This document shows positions 26,532 through 36,312 of a DNA stretch of 44,572 nt, in pieces. The stretch's first letter is position 1. Each line of letters begins with the position of its first letter. Source of the DNA: Saprospiraceae bacterium. GTDB lineage: Bacteria; Bacteroidota; Bacteroidia; Chitinophagales; Saprospiraceae. The position numbers and the translations under genes are program-made. The stretch spans positions 1 through 44,572 of the forward strand of contig JAHDII010000002.1 of the NCBI GenBank assembly GCA_020630895.1. Reading direction: 5' to 3'. The notes under the pieces are model-generated. The model was not told the DNA's origin. It worked only from the letters and a program-made list of their open reading frames with translations, and ran no database searches.

Positions 26532-27803
26532 ATGAAATATTTTTTCTTTATTTTTTGTTGTTGTTTTTCTTTTGGTTCTATGGCTCAAAATATGTATCAA
26601 GAAAGAGCCTTGAAAAATATATCTTATTTAATTCGAGATAGTATTTTATTAGAACAAATAAAAATAGATGATCAAGGTATTTCTATTTATGCTTCTTCAG
26701 AAAATAAAAAAAAGGATATAGCTGAACTTTTAATTACTTGGGATGATGTTCCTATTTTTTTAACTCATGTGGTTAAAGAAAATAAAAAAAATATTACAAC
26801 AGAAAAAATTATTCGAGAAAGACAAAATGTACATCAAAATTTTTCTTTAGTTGAAAAAGAAAAACCAACAAGTTTAAAAGGAGTACGTATTGTTTTAGAT
26901 CCTGGTCATTTTGCTCATAATTTTAAAACGGCTATTTTAGAAAGAAAGTTTATTAAAATTCATAAAAAAGAAACTGGAACAAAAAAAGATATTGAATTTT
27001 TTGAATCTGATTTAGCTTGGAAAACAGCAATAATTTTGGCTAAGCGATTAGAGAATAAAGGTGCTGAAGTTTTAATTACAAGAAAAAAAGGAAAAAGTGC
27101 TTTAGGATATTCTTTTTTGAAATGGAAAAATAAATTATTTAAAAAAGAATTACAAAAAGATTTAGAAAATAAAAGCATCAATCAAGAACAATATAATTGG
27201 TATCTTCAAAAAGCTACTGATAAAGATATTTATCGGTACATGAATAAAAAAGATTTAATTGAACGAGCCCAAAAAATAAATTCTTTTCGTCCTCAACTCA
27301 CCATTAATATTCATTATAATGCTTCTGGTTCTTCACTCAATTCAGAAGGATATTTTTCTCCAACTGCATCTAATTATTGCATGGCTTTTGTAGGAGGAGG
27401 ATTTATGAAAGGAGAATTAAATTCCAAGGAGGCTCGGTTGCATTTTTTACGTTTATTATTATCTAATGATTTAGAACAATCTATTCATTTTTCGGATGAA
27501 ATAATAAAGGCACATACAGAAATTATTAAAGTACCTCATATTCCTAATAAAAATAATTTATTTTATCTAAATAAAAATAGTGTTTATACAAATATTGAAG
27601 GAGTCTATTGCAGAAATTTAGCTTTAACAAGAATGGTACAAGGAGTGATTTGTTTTGGAGAAAGTTTATTACAGGATAATATTAATGAGGCAGTTTTGTT
27701 AAGTCAAAAAAATTATAAAGAATCTAAAATAAAAACTTCTAATAGAGTTAAATTAGTTGTTGATGCTTATGAACAAGGTATTTTAAATTATATCGAAAAT
27801 TGA
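26532..27803 (+). CDS. N-acetylmuramoyl-L-alanine amidase family protein (Amidase_3-like)
   Basis: Signal peptide present. VRIVLDPGHF, ESDLAWKTAIILAKRLENKGAEVLITR and PQLTINIHYNASG follow the Amidase_3 zinc-ligand pattern. Confidence 0.6.
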   Translation: MKYFFFIFCCCFSFGSMAQNMYQERALKNISYLIRDSILLEQIKIDDQGISIYASSENKKKDIAELLITWDDVPIFLTHVVKENKKNITTEKIIRERQNVHQNFSLVEKEKPTSLKGVRIVLDPGHFAHNFKTAILERKFIKIHKKETGTKKDIEFFESDLAWKTAIILAKRLENKGAEVLITRKKGKSALGYSFLKWKNKLFKKELQKDLENKSINQEQYNWYLQKATDKDIYRYMNKKDLIERAQKINSFRPQLTINIHYNASGSSLNSEGYFSPTASNYCMAFVGGGFMKGELNSKEARLHFLRLLLSNDLEQSIHFSDEIIKAHTEIIKVPHIPNKNNLFYLNKNSVYTNIEGVYCRNLALTRMVQGVICFGESLLQDNINEAVLLSQKNYKESKIKTSNRVKLVVDAYEQGILNYIEN

Positions 27804-27844
27804 CTTTAAATAAAAAACTATTTAATTTTATAAAAAAAAGGATC

Positions 27845-29089
27845 ATGTTTAAAAATATATTTTTAATTGTTTTAATGTGTTGTTTTTTGCAAATTGGTAA
27901 TAGCCAAAATGTATTGATACAAATAAAAAATCAAGAAAAAGAAAAAATAAATTATCATTTTGTTGATGAAAATAAAGAAGTGAAAATAAAACTTCCTGAA
28001 GGACATATTCCCATGAATTCATTTCAATTTCCTATTCAAAGATATGAAGATGGCTTATGTTTAATTCATGCAAAAAATAGTTTTTATTTCATTAATACTC
28101 AAGGAAAAAAAGTAATTACTTTTGATGATATTACTACCAACTATCATGTTTTTCCTTTTTCTGAAGGTTTAGCTGTTGTTAGAATTTTTAATTCTGATTT
28201 TCCTTCTGGACAAAGAGATCATTATATTGATATTCATGGAAAAAAAGTATTTGATCAATATTTTTATAAAGCAAATTCTTTTTCTGAAAAATTTGCTTTA
28301 GTAGAATTGTTAGATGAAAATGGAAAAGCAAAAACAGGAAATAAGCGTTGGGCATATATCAAGAATTCAGGAAAAATTGCTATTACTTTTCAAGACGAAG
28401 CCAAAGAAATTGTTCGGTTAACTCCTTTTCAGGAGGGAATTGCTACTGTAATTTTTAAAGATGCTTTTTATTATATCAATCGTGTAGGAAAAAATATTTT
28501 AGATATTCCATTAGAAGAAAATATTAAAAGGGTAGGAAGTCAATTTTCAGAAAAAATTGCTAGAAGAAGAATTCCTAAAACGGAAAAAAATCAACAAGGA
28601 AATAATTTTTCTTTTTATAATTATAATGGGGAAGAATTATTTCAAATAAAAAATTATAATCGAGTAACATCTTTCAACGAAGGCTTGTGTTGGGTAACTC
28701 AATTAGATAAAGAAAATTCTTCAAAAAATAAAAGAGTTTTTAAGCAATATTTTTTAAATAAAAAAGGTGAAGTTGCTTTAGAATATACAGAAGGAAGAAT
28801 TGCTAGTAATTTTAAATGGGGACTTGCTAAAGTAAAAAAAGAAACAAAGAGTGGCTATTTAACAGGTTTTATTGATCCTTACGGCAATGAAATTATTGAA
28901 GCTAAATACCAAAAAGCTTATAGAGTTAGTCCTCAATATATTTATGCTGAAATCGATAATGAAAATTATGAAATCATCGATCTCTATGGATTAGGAATTC
29001 CTACTTTTAAGAATAATATTATTTTAGATAAAAAAGAAGATGAAGAAATTAAAAAAGATAATAAACCTCAATTAAAAATTAGACCTTAA
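27845..29089 (+). CDS. WG-repeat (KWG-type beta-propeller-like) protein
   Basis: Repeated motifs are FSEGLAVV, FSEKFALV, FQEGIATV, FNEGLCWV and WGLAKV. The ORF track starts at 27800 (TTG, overlapping the amidase stop). The ATG at 27845 gives a clean signal peptide MFKNIFLIVLMCCFLQIGNSQ. Confidence 0.7.
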   Translation: MFKNIFLIVLMCCFLQIGNSQNVLIQIKNQEKEKINYHFVDENKEVKIKLPEGHIPMNSFQFPIQRYEDGLCLIHAKNSFYFINTQGKKVITFDDITTNYHVFPFSEGLAVVRIFNSDFPSGQRDHYIDIHGKKVFDQYFYKANSFSEKFALVELLDENGKAKTGNKRWAYIKNSGKIAITFQDEAKEIVRLTPFQEGIATVIFKDAFYYINRVGKNILDIPLEENIKRVGSQFSEKIARRRIPKTEKNQQGNNFSFYNYNGEELFQIKNYNRVTSFNEGLCWVTQLDKENSSKNKRVFKQYFLNKKGEVALEYTEGRIASNFKWGLAKVKKETKSGYLTGFIDPYGNEIIEAKYQKAYRVSPQYIYAEIDNENYEIIDLYGLGIPTFKNNIILDKKEDEEIKKDNKPQLKIRP

Positions 29090-29110
29090 ACATACATTTA
29101 GTACGGTTCT

Positions 29111-29149
29111 AAAAAAAAATGCAGTTCGTTTTCGAACTGCATTTTTTTT
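29111..29149. terminator. bidirectional terminator between convergent genes
   Basis: A9, then stem gcagttcg / cgaactgc, then T8. Confidence 0.8.
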
Positions 29150-31820
29150 AATCAAAACCATCATCGTCACCGTCATCTTCTTCATTAGGAGGAGTAGGAG
29201 GGCTAGGATTAGGGTTTTCCTCGTCATCAAAACCTAAATCTTCTTCCTCGTCATCATCATATTCATCACCAAAACCACCAGGATCAGTTGAGGCATTAGG
29301 ATCATCTGTAAGTCCTTCTTCTCCATCAGTAGAATTACCATAAATTCCACGACAATCAATACGAATAGATAATTCGCCCAAAGGTTTTTTAAATCTTTTA
29401 TTTGGATTATATTTAACTATAGTATCTTTTTCAATCCCTTTCATCATATCCACATAAATAGGACGAGCTAAAATTCCTCCTTGACCATTATAAGTACTTC
29501 TAAAGCGAATCCAACGATCATCTCCACCTACCCAAACACCAATTACTATTTCTGGAGCAATACCCATAAACCAAGCATCAGCATGATTATTTGTAGTTCC
29601 TGTTTTTCCTCCTACTTCTGTTTTTAATTGTCCTTGAATGGGATTTGCTACTTTTTTAAGCATATCTACCATGACATAATTCGCATCTTCATTTAAGGCT
29701 CTAGGCGTAGTTTGAGGAGGAGTTCTATAAATAACATCGCCATTTTTATCCTCTATTTTAGAGATGAAAAAGGGTTTTTTAGAAAATCCATTATTAGCAA
29801 AAGTAGCATAAGCTCCTGTAAGTTCATAAACGGATAAATCTGTTGCACCCAAACAAATTGAAGGTTGTTTAGGAACACGAGGTTCTCCATATACATTGAG
29901 AGCGTCAACATCAATACCCATATTTTTGACTAAAGTTCGTACAGGTTCTGTACAACCTATTTGTTTCATCAAATAAGCAGAAACTGTATTTTTAGATTTT
30001 TCAAGAGCCTTATATAATGAGAATTCTTTTCCTGTATATTCTCCAAAGTTTTTAGGTGTCCAATCCTTTAATAATTCAAAACAGCCTTCTCCTTTATGAA
30101 TGGTATAAGCCATATCTGGCACTTTGTAACAAGGAGAAATTCCCCATTCAGCAATAGCCGTAGCATAAACAAAAGGCTTGAAAGTAGAACCGACTTGACG
30201 CTCTACAGATTTATTAACGTGGTCGAATTTAAAATATTTATGATTAATTCCTCCAACCCATGCCTTAATTGCTCCACTTTGAGGATCTACAGCTACAACT
30301 CCAGTTTGAAGATGCATTCGTATATATCGCAAAGAATCCCAAGGAGTCATAATGGTATCTCGCTCCATTGTATCATTATAAGCGAAGATTTTCATTTTTG
30401 TTTTTTTCTTGAAATCTTTTTCTACCTCTTTTTCTAATTTAGCCCATTGATTTTTAAGTGTTTTCCACAAATCAGACCTCATTATTCTTCTGTATATCTT
30501 TGATTTTTTTTCTGAAAGAAAATTTTTCTCTCTTAGTTCTGCAAAATGTCCTGCTTCTTTTTCTTCTTTCAACATTCTTACAATCTCATAATCTCTTAAT
30601 GATAACTCGTATTTTTGTTGAATAAGAGAAAGGGTTTCAGATAAATGAATATCTCTATGAATTTGATATCTATCAGAACCTCTTAATACTTTTTGAAAGG
30701 ATTCTAATCTCATTTCTATTTCTTTATCTGTAGCTTTCCCTTTGTATGTCCAAGGATCTTTATTCTTCCATTCTTTAAAAAACTTCTTTTGATTATTTGC
30801 CATATTTTTAGCAACAGAAGCTTCTGCATGAAGCTGCATACGAGGATCTATCGTTGTATAAATTGTAAGCCCATCAGTATGAACATTATACTCTTTTCCA
30901 TCTTTTTCGCCAAGTTCGCTTAAAATATTTTTGACCTCTTTTCTGAGTTCTTCTCTAAAGTAAGGAGCGATACCTTCAGAATGGCTTTTTCTAGAAAAAT
31001 TGAGTTGTAAGTCTTTATTTTTTACTAACTCATAATATTCTTCTTCTGAAAAATGCCCTGCTTCCATCATGAGTTTTAAAACCGTTTCTTTACGTTCTTT
31101 AGCATTTTTTTTGAATTTTTTAGGATTATAAAAAGCAGGGTTCTTTAGCATGCCTACTAACATTGCTGCTTCACTCAAATCTAAATCTTTAGGTTGTTTA
31201 CCAAAATAAGTCTCTGAAGCAGATTTAATTCCTACAGCTCCATATAAGAAATCAAATTCATTGAGATACATCATGATGATTTCTTCTTTAGTATATCTTC
31301 TCTCTAACTGAACGGCAGTAATCCATTCTTTAAATTTAGTAAGACCTAATTTAATAGCTCGTTTGATTTTTCCTCCTTTAAAAGAACGATTAGAATATTG
31401 TAGTTTCGCTAATTGTTGTGTAATGGTACTACCTCCTCCTTTACTTGTTGTACCTAGTGCTAAACCTTTTACTACACGGCCTAGTGCTTCTAAATCTATT
31501 CCTGCATGTTTATAAAATCGTTTATCTTCTGTAGCAATTAATGCTTGAATGAGATGTTCTGGTAAATCTTCATAAGCTACTTTTACTCTATTTTCTACAT
31601 AATATCGTCCTATAACTGAACCATCTGCTGCTAAAACTTCTGTAGCTAAATTATTTTTAGGATTTTGTAATTCATCTGTAGAAGGGAGATCGCTACTTCT
31701 AGAAAGGAAGAAAAAAAATAAAATAGTACTAAACACTCCTACACCCCATAATATCCACATCCATTTGATGTATTTTTTATATTTGGGCATATTGTTTTCT
31801 CTGTATTCTTGATTAGTCAT
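29148..31820 (-). CDS. mrcA: class A penicillin-binding protein 1A (glycosyltransferase plus transpeptidase) with an acidic disordered C-terminal tail
   Basis: GT51 motifs EDKRFYKHAGID and GGSTITQQL. Transpeptidase motifs STFKP and KTGTT. The tail reads DEYDDDEEEDLGFDDEENPNPSPPTPPNEEDDGDDDGFD. The track start is TTG at 31829, and an ATG lies at 31820. Confidence 0.9.
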   Translation of the reverse strand: MTNQEYRENNMPKYKKYIKWMWILWGVGVFSTILFFFFLSRSSDLPSTDELQNPKNNLATEVLAADGSVIGRYYVENRVKVAYEDLPEHLIQALIATEDKRFYKHAGIDLEALGRVVKGLALGTTSKGGGSTITQQLAKLQYSNRSFKGGKIKRAIKLGLTKFKEWITAVQLERRYTKEEIIMMYLNEFDFLYGAVGIKSASETYFGKQPKDLDLSEAAMLVGMLKNPAFYNPKKFKKNAKERKETVLKLMMEAGHFSEEEYYELVKNKDLQLNFSRKSHSEGIAPYFREELRKEVKNILSELGEKDGKEYNVHTDGLTIYTTIDPRMQLHAEASVAKNMANNQKKFFKEWKNKDPWTYKGKATDKEIEMRLESFQKVLRGSDRYQIHRDIHLSETLSLIQQKYELSLRDYEIVRMLKEEKEAGHFAELREKNFLSEKKSKIYRRIMRSDLWKTLKNQWAKLEKEVEKDFKKKTKMKIFAYNDTMERDTIMTPWDSLRYIRMHLQTGVVAVDPQSGAIKAWVGGINHKYFKFDHVNKSVERQVGSTFKPFVYATAIAEWGISPCYKVPDMAYTIHKGEGCFELLKDWTPKNFGEYTGKEFSLYKALEKSKNTVSAYLMKQIGCTEPVRTLVKNMGIDVDALNVYGEPRVPKQPSICLGATDLSVYELTGAYATFANNGFSKKPFFISKIEDKNGDVIYRTPPQTTPRALNEDANYVMVDMLKKVANPIQGQLKTEVGGKTGTTNNHADAWFMGIAPEIVIGVWVGGDDRWIRFRSTYNGQGGILARPIYVDMMKGIEKDTIVKYNPNKRFKKPLGELSIRIDCRGIYGNSTDGEEGLTDDPNASTDPGGFGDEYDDDEEEDLGFDDEENPNPSPPTPPNEEDDGDDDGFD

Positions 31821-31845
31821 CTCAAACAATAATTTTAATTAAAAT

Positions 31846-31888
31846 TTTATGTAGAAGGAAAATTTTATCCAACAAAATTCTACATAAA
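31846..31888 (-). terminator. hairpin terminator downstream of 31989..32669
   Basis: 11-bp stem tttatgtagaa / ttctacataaa with a 21-nt loop and a U-rich tail on the minus strand. Confidence 0.5.
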
Positions 31889-31988
31889 TTTGAGTATAAA
31901 AATATTTATTTTGTACAAAAATACATAATTATTGCATTGCTTGGGCTATGATTTGTTTTTGAAACTATTATTTGTTGATAAATAACTA

Positions 31989-32669
31989 TTAAGCGTCGAT
32001 AAGTTTTGTTTCATCTCGGGAGATAGGAATTTGAAGTTTTTCGGCATATTGAGTAATTTCATTAATGAAAACTCTAATAACTTCATTTTCATTTCCTGTT
32101 AAAAGAACATCATCTAAAAGTTGATTTTCTTCAAAATCTACATCTCTATTAAATTTAGAAATATCTAATTCTTCATATAATATTTTTAAATTTTGTTCGC
32201 CTTCTATTTTTACGCCATTTTGATATAATTGAAAAGAAGTTACAGATAAATCTTCTTTAAAAATACCATCTTTATATAATGAGGGATGTTGAAAAATAAT
32301 TTTAGGTTGTGCTAATATTCCATTTGTAAATAAAACAACAGCAAAGTATCCTAATAGGCCTAAAACAGGAATCCAAAATTCATTAATAAATAAAGAAGTA
32401 AAACCTACAATAATTAATAATAAAAATGATTTGATAATTAAATATCGAATAAATTCATCTTGTTTTTTTAAATAAAAAATAACGACATTTTGTTTTTTTC
32501 TATATTGATAATATCTAATAAAAAGCCAAATAATAAGACCTATCGTCAATAAAAAATAATAACCTTGAAATAATCGAATAAAAATAATTTGATATTCAGA
32601 TTTATATAATAATAATGCAACTCCTGCAATTAAAAATAACCATTCTACTGCTTCAACTTCTTTCCTCAT
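31989..32669 (-). CDS. hypothetical membrane protein
   Basis: About 4 TM helices followed by a soluble C-terminal domain. Its start is 1 nt from the GNAT stop codon. Confidence 0.5.
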   Translation of the reverse strand: MRKEVEAVEWLFLIAGVALLLYKSEYQIIFIRLFQGYYFLLTIGLIIWLFIRYYQYRKKQNVVIFYLKKQDEFIRYLIIKSFLLLIIVGFTSLFINEFWIPVLGLLGYFAVVLFTNGILAQPKIIFQHPSLYKDGIFKEDLSVTSFQLYQNGVKIEGEQNLKILYEELDISKFNRDVDFEENQLLDDVLLTGNENEVIRVFINEITQYAEKLQIPISRDETKLIDA

Positions 32670-32670
32670 G

Positions 32671-33108
32671 TTATAAAAACTTTTTTACGTTTAGCCATTC
32701 ATCATCAATAATAGTATTGTTTTTTTTATAGAAGTTAATAGCAGGAGTATTCCAATTGATGACTTGCCATTTTACTAATTTAGCTCCTTGTTTTTTACTT
32801 TCTTCATAAAAGAAATCATATAATTTTTGTCCTACTCCTTTTCGTCTATATTTTTCTGTTACTACAAAATCTTCTAGGTACATCATTTTACCTTTCCAAG
32901 TAGAGTAGGTCATATAATAGATCATCATTCCAATAATAGTACCATTTTCTTCTGCAACAATTGCTTTAAAAATTCCTTCTTGAAAATCATTTTGATAATC
33001 TTCTAAAGTTGCTGTTACGGCATCAGGCTCTTTTTCATAAATAGCTAATTCTATAACTAAACTATATATGTCAGGAATATCTTTTAATATTGCTTTTCGA
33101 ATATTCAT
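32671..33108 (-). CDS. GNAT family N-acetyltransferase
   Basis: Acetyl-CoA binding motif VTEKYRRKGVGQKLYDFF, and a 145-aa size typical of the family. Confidence 0.85.
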   Translation of the reverse strand: MNIRKAILKDIPDIYSLVIELAIYEKEPDAVTATLEDYQNDFQEGIFKAIVAEENGTIIGMMIYYMTYSTWKGKMMYLEDFVVTEKYRRKGVGQKLYDFFYEESKKQGAKLVKWQVINWNTPAINFYKKNNTIIDDEWLNVKKFL

Positions 33109-33236
33109 ACTATTTAATGAATTTTATTTGAGATTAAAGGTTTACAAATTTTATTGCTCAACCAAATTTTTAATGCTCATTAATATTTCATTGACAAATT
33201 AATTCAAGTTGTGTAAATCTAATTGAGTTAGAATTT

Positions 33237-33350
33237 ATGAAGTACACCATTCTTTTAATACTATTTTTTAGAGTTATTGTAATCATAACTGTGGTCTGTG
33301 GACTCACTTACTGTGGACTTTGCAGATTTATCTGCAACTTAAATTATTAA
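33237..33350 (+). CDS. possible 37-aa Cys-rich hydrophobic peptide
   Basis: My own translation gives MKYTILLILFFRVIVIITVVCGLTYCGLCRFICNLNY. The 3' end overlaps the stop of the convergent 33347..35278 gene. Confidence 0.2.
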   Translation: MKYTILLILFFRVIVIITVVCGLTYCGLCRFICNLNY

Positions 33351-35278
33351 TCAATAAAACGCCAAGAAACACCAAAGCGGAAATGAGGGTCGGGTAAAGG
33401 ATAACGAGGGGTGAAATAATGAATGTTATTGGTAAACCAGCCCGTTACATTTTCTATTTTAGCAAAAGCTCTTAATGTTTTTACTTTGAAACTTGTGAAA
33501 AAATCTAATGCTGGATATAATTTAATTTCGACATCATCTTGTAAATGAAATTGCCCCGTTGCAGGCATATAGTTATCTGCAAAATAAGAAGTATTCATTC
33601 TAAAATCAAAACCCATTCTAGCTAACATTACTTTCTTAAAAATTAATCCTTCTACAAAAATTGAATTTTTTAAACTAATTTTAGGTAAGCGAATATAAGT
33701 ATTATTAGTCGTTTGAAATGCTATAGTATTTTCCATTCCAAAAGCTCCTAGTTTTATATTTTGATCTAAAATAAATTGTAATACATTAATCGAAACATCA
33801 GCTTGTTGTGCTTGAAAAAGTGTATCATAATAAATATAATGATGAAGTAAATGATATTGAAAAGAAAAAGTGGTTTTTGTTATAGGTAAATGATAAGATG
33901 TTTTAATAGATGTTGTGATTGGTTTTTTAAAATCATTATTATAAAATTCTCTAAAAGAAATAAATAATTTTTTTTGCAATAAATCAGGGGAAAAACGTTG
34001 ATGCAAAACATGCCCTGTTATTAATCCTAATTTTTTTAAATGAATATTCAAATCACTTTTTATAATATATTCACTTTGATGACTTCCTAAATTATAATTG
34101 GCATAAGAATGTAAAGAAATGTAAGAAATAGGATTCCATTCCCACTCTCCAAATACAATTAGAGTATTAATAACGGTATCTATAGGTTCTTGATATGTTT
34201 TTTGATAAGTATGAGTGATGCCTACAGATAAAAAATCTTTGGGACTTAATTGATTTTTTAAATTTTTAAACGTCGAAATTTTAAATGTATTTTCTATTTT
34301 ATTCCAATTTAAATAATGTCGTAATCCACGATTATCTACTTGTATATTTTGATAATAAATAGAATCTGTATCTAATGTAGTATCATAAAATTTATAATCT
34401 CCAGGAGAAAATAAAAATTGATGCCCTAGTGTAATATTTCTTTTATTTGAAATATTGGAACTATCTTTTTTTGTTTTTTGAAGATTATAATATTGAGAGT
34501 AAGAAATAATTTGTTCTTCTTTTCTGGTATTCGCTTGATTTAAAAATACAGGAAAGGTAGAACGATCATCATAAAAAGAATTTCCAAATAAACTTTCATC
34601 TTCAATTCCTCCATTATCTTCTTGTTGAAAATCATTATAAGAATAACTAAAAAAAGAAGAATATTTTCCTTTTTTATGTTGATATGCACCATTAATAGCT
34701 AAAGTAGTATGTCTTGATTTTTGACGTTTATAAAATCCTACATGACTAATACGCAAATAATCTACAGATAAATTAAAAGCAGATGATAAATTTCTGCTAA
34801 AAGTACTTTTAAAAATAAAATCATCTTGTGTAGCTCCTTGAGCATAATAAGTATCTGTAAATGTTCGATTCACTTTAAAGTATCGAATAGAATCCACAGG
34901 ACGATCATATATGTCAAACTGATGAAATCCTAGTTGTAAGCCTTTTCGTTCTTTTACGTCAAATAAAATAGGTCTTGCAGGAGTGCCTAAACTACCTAAA
35001 TTAGCATAATCAATTAAGTGTTGTCTATTCGGTTTAGATTGCTGAAAATAATATCCTAATAAGGTGTCTGGATAAAGGTGCTTTTTTTGAGGATGATGGG
35101 CATAATATACTTTAATATCAAAGGTGTCTGGAGGATTAAAAATGCTTAAAGGAGGTCTTTTTCCTTTTATTCTTGAAGAATCCTTTTCTGTTTCAATTTT
35201 ATGATCTGCTTTAGGTCTTTGTGCTTGGGTTATGGTTGCAAAACCCATGACGAATAAGAACATAAAATATAGTCGCAT
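33347..35278 (-). CDS. outer-membrane beta-barrel protein (Bacteroidota putative-porin family)
   Basis: Signal peptide present. Long alternating aromatic/polar beta-strand pattern. C-terminus is RFGVSWRFID. Confidence 0.55.
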   Translation of the reverse strand: MRLYFMFLFVMGFATITQAQRPKADHKIETEKDSSRIKGKRPPLSIFNPPDTFDIKVYYAHHPQKKHLYPDTLLGYYFQQSKPNRQHLIDYANLGSLGTPARPILFDVKERKGLQLGFHQFDIYDRPVDSIRYFKVNRTFTDTYYAQGATQDDFIFKSTFSRNLSSAFNLSVDYLRISHVGFYKRQKSRHTTLAINGAYQHKKGKYSSFFSYSYNDFQQEDNGGIEDESLFGNSFYDDRSTFPVFLNQANTRKEEQIISYSQYYNLQKTKKDSSNISNKRNITLGHQFLFSPGDYKFYDTTLDTDSIYYQNIQVDNRGLRHYLNWNKIENTFKISTFKNLKNQLSPKDFLSVGITHTYQKTYQEPIDTVINTLIVFGEWEWNPISYISLHSYANYNLGSHQSEYIIKSDLNIHLKKLGLITGHVLHQRFSPDLLQKKLFISFREFYNNDFKKPITTSIKTSYHLPITKTTFSFQYHLLHHYIYYDTLFQAQQADVSINVLQFILDQNIKLGAFGMENTIAFQTTNNTYIRLPKISLKNSIFVEGLIFKKVMLARMGFDFRMNTSYFADNYMPATGQFHLQDDVEIKLYPALDFFTSFKVKTLRAFAKIENVTGWFTNNIHYFTPRYPLPDPHFRFGVSWRFID

Positions 35279-35340
35279 ACAATGATTTCTGTTTAAACAA
35301 TATCAATTCATAATTATATCAATATTGTAACGAACATTTA

Positions 35341-35381
35341 GATAAAAACATCATGCTAAAATTAATTTTAGCATGATGTTT
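35341..35381 (-). terminator. rho-independent terminator of fabI
   Basis: 18-bp palindromic stem aaacatcatgctaaaatt / aattttagcatgatgttt, followed by UUAUC on the minus strand. Confidence 0.75.
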
Positions 35382-35388
35382 CAAATAT

Positions 35389-36198
35389 TTATTCTTCAAT
35401 ATTTAAAATTGCAGGACTCATTCCCATATTACTAAAACCACCATCATGATATAAATTTTGCATCGTAATATATTTAGATAAATCAGAAAACATAAATACA
35501 CAATAATCTGCACAAGCTTCAGCAGGAGCATTTCCTAGAGGAGACATTTTATCTGCATAATCAAAAAACACATCAAATCCTTTTACGCCACTTCCTGCAG
35601 TAGTCATTGTAGGAGATTGAGAAATAGTATTGACACGTACTTTTTTGCTTGTACCATAATGATATCCAAAACTTCTAGCGAATGATTCTAACAAGGATTT
35701 AGATTCTGCCATTTCATTATAATCAGGGAAAGTTCTTTGAGCAGCAATATAAGTAAGTCCTAAAACAGAACCCCAATCATTAATTGCATTTTTTTCATAA
35801 CAAGTTTGCATGAGTTTATGAAAAGAAATCGCAGAAATATCAAATGTTTTTTGCATCCATTCATATTTCAAATTGGTATAAGCTCTTTTTTTACGAACAT
35901 TTAAAGACATACCAATAGAATGAAGGACAAAATCTACAGGACCGCCCAAAATTTCCATTGATTTATCAATCAAATTTTCAAGATCTTCTAATGATGTTGC
36001 ATCAGCAGGAATTGCTTCAACATTTAATCGTTCAGCTAATTTTTGAATTTCTCCAAAACGGAAAGCAACAGGAGCATTTGTTAATGTAATTTGAGCTCCT
36101 TCTTCAACACATCGTTCTGCTACTTTTGTTGCGATAGATTTATCGTCTAATGCTCCGAATATAATCCCTTTTTTTTCTTTTAATAAACCATTTGCCAT
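35389..36198 (-). CDS. fabI: enoyl-[acyl-carrier-protein] reductase (NADH)
   Basis: SDR fold with N-terminal GIIFGALDDKSIA, and a full-length FabI-like pattern. Confidence 0.9.
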   Translation of the reverse strand: MANGLLKEKKGIIFGALDDKSIATKVAERCVEEGAQITLTNAPVAFRFGEIQKLAERLNVEAIPADATSLEDLENLIDKSMEILGGPVDFVLHSIGMSLNVRKKRAYTNLKYEWMQKTFDISAISFHKLMQTCYEKNAINDWGSVLGLTYIAAQRTFPDYNEMAESKSLLESFARSFGYHYGTSKKVRVNTISQSPTMTTAGSGVKGFDVFFDYADKMSPLGNAPAEACADYCVFMFSDLSKYITMQNLYHDGGFSNMGMSPAILNIEE

Positions 36199-36253
36199 AA
36201 TATGATGATTTTCATTTTTTATTAGATGGGCAAAATTAATAATTATTATATCA

Positions 36254-36290
36254 AAAAGCTCTAAGGAATCAGTATTTCCTTAGAGCTTTT
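36254..36290 (-). terminator. rho-independent terminator of 36313..37308
   Basis: 15-bp stem aaaagctctaaggaa / ttccttagagctttt. Confidence 0.7.
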
Positions 36291-36312
36291 ATTTTTTTAA
36301 TGAAGAGTATGT

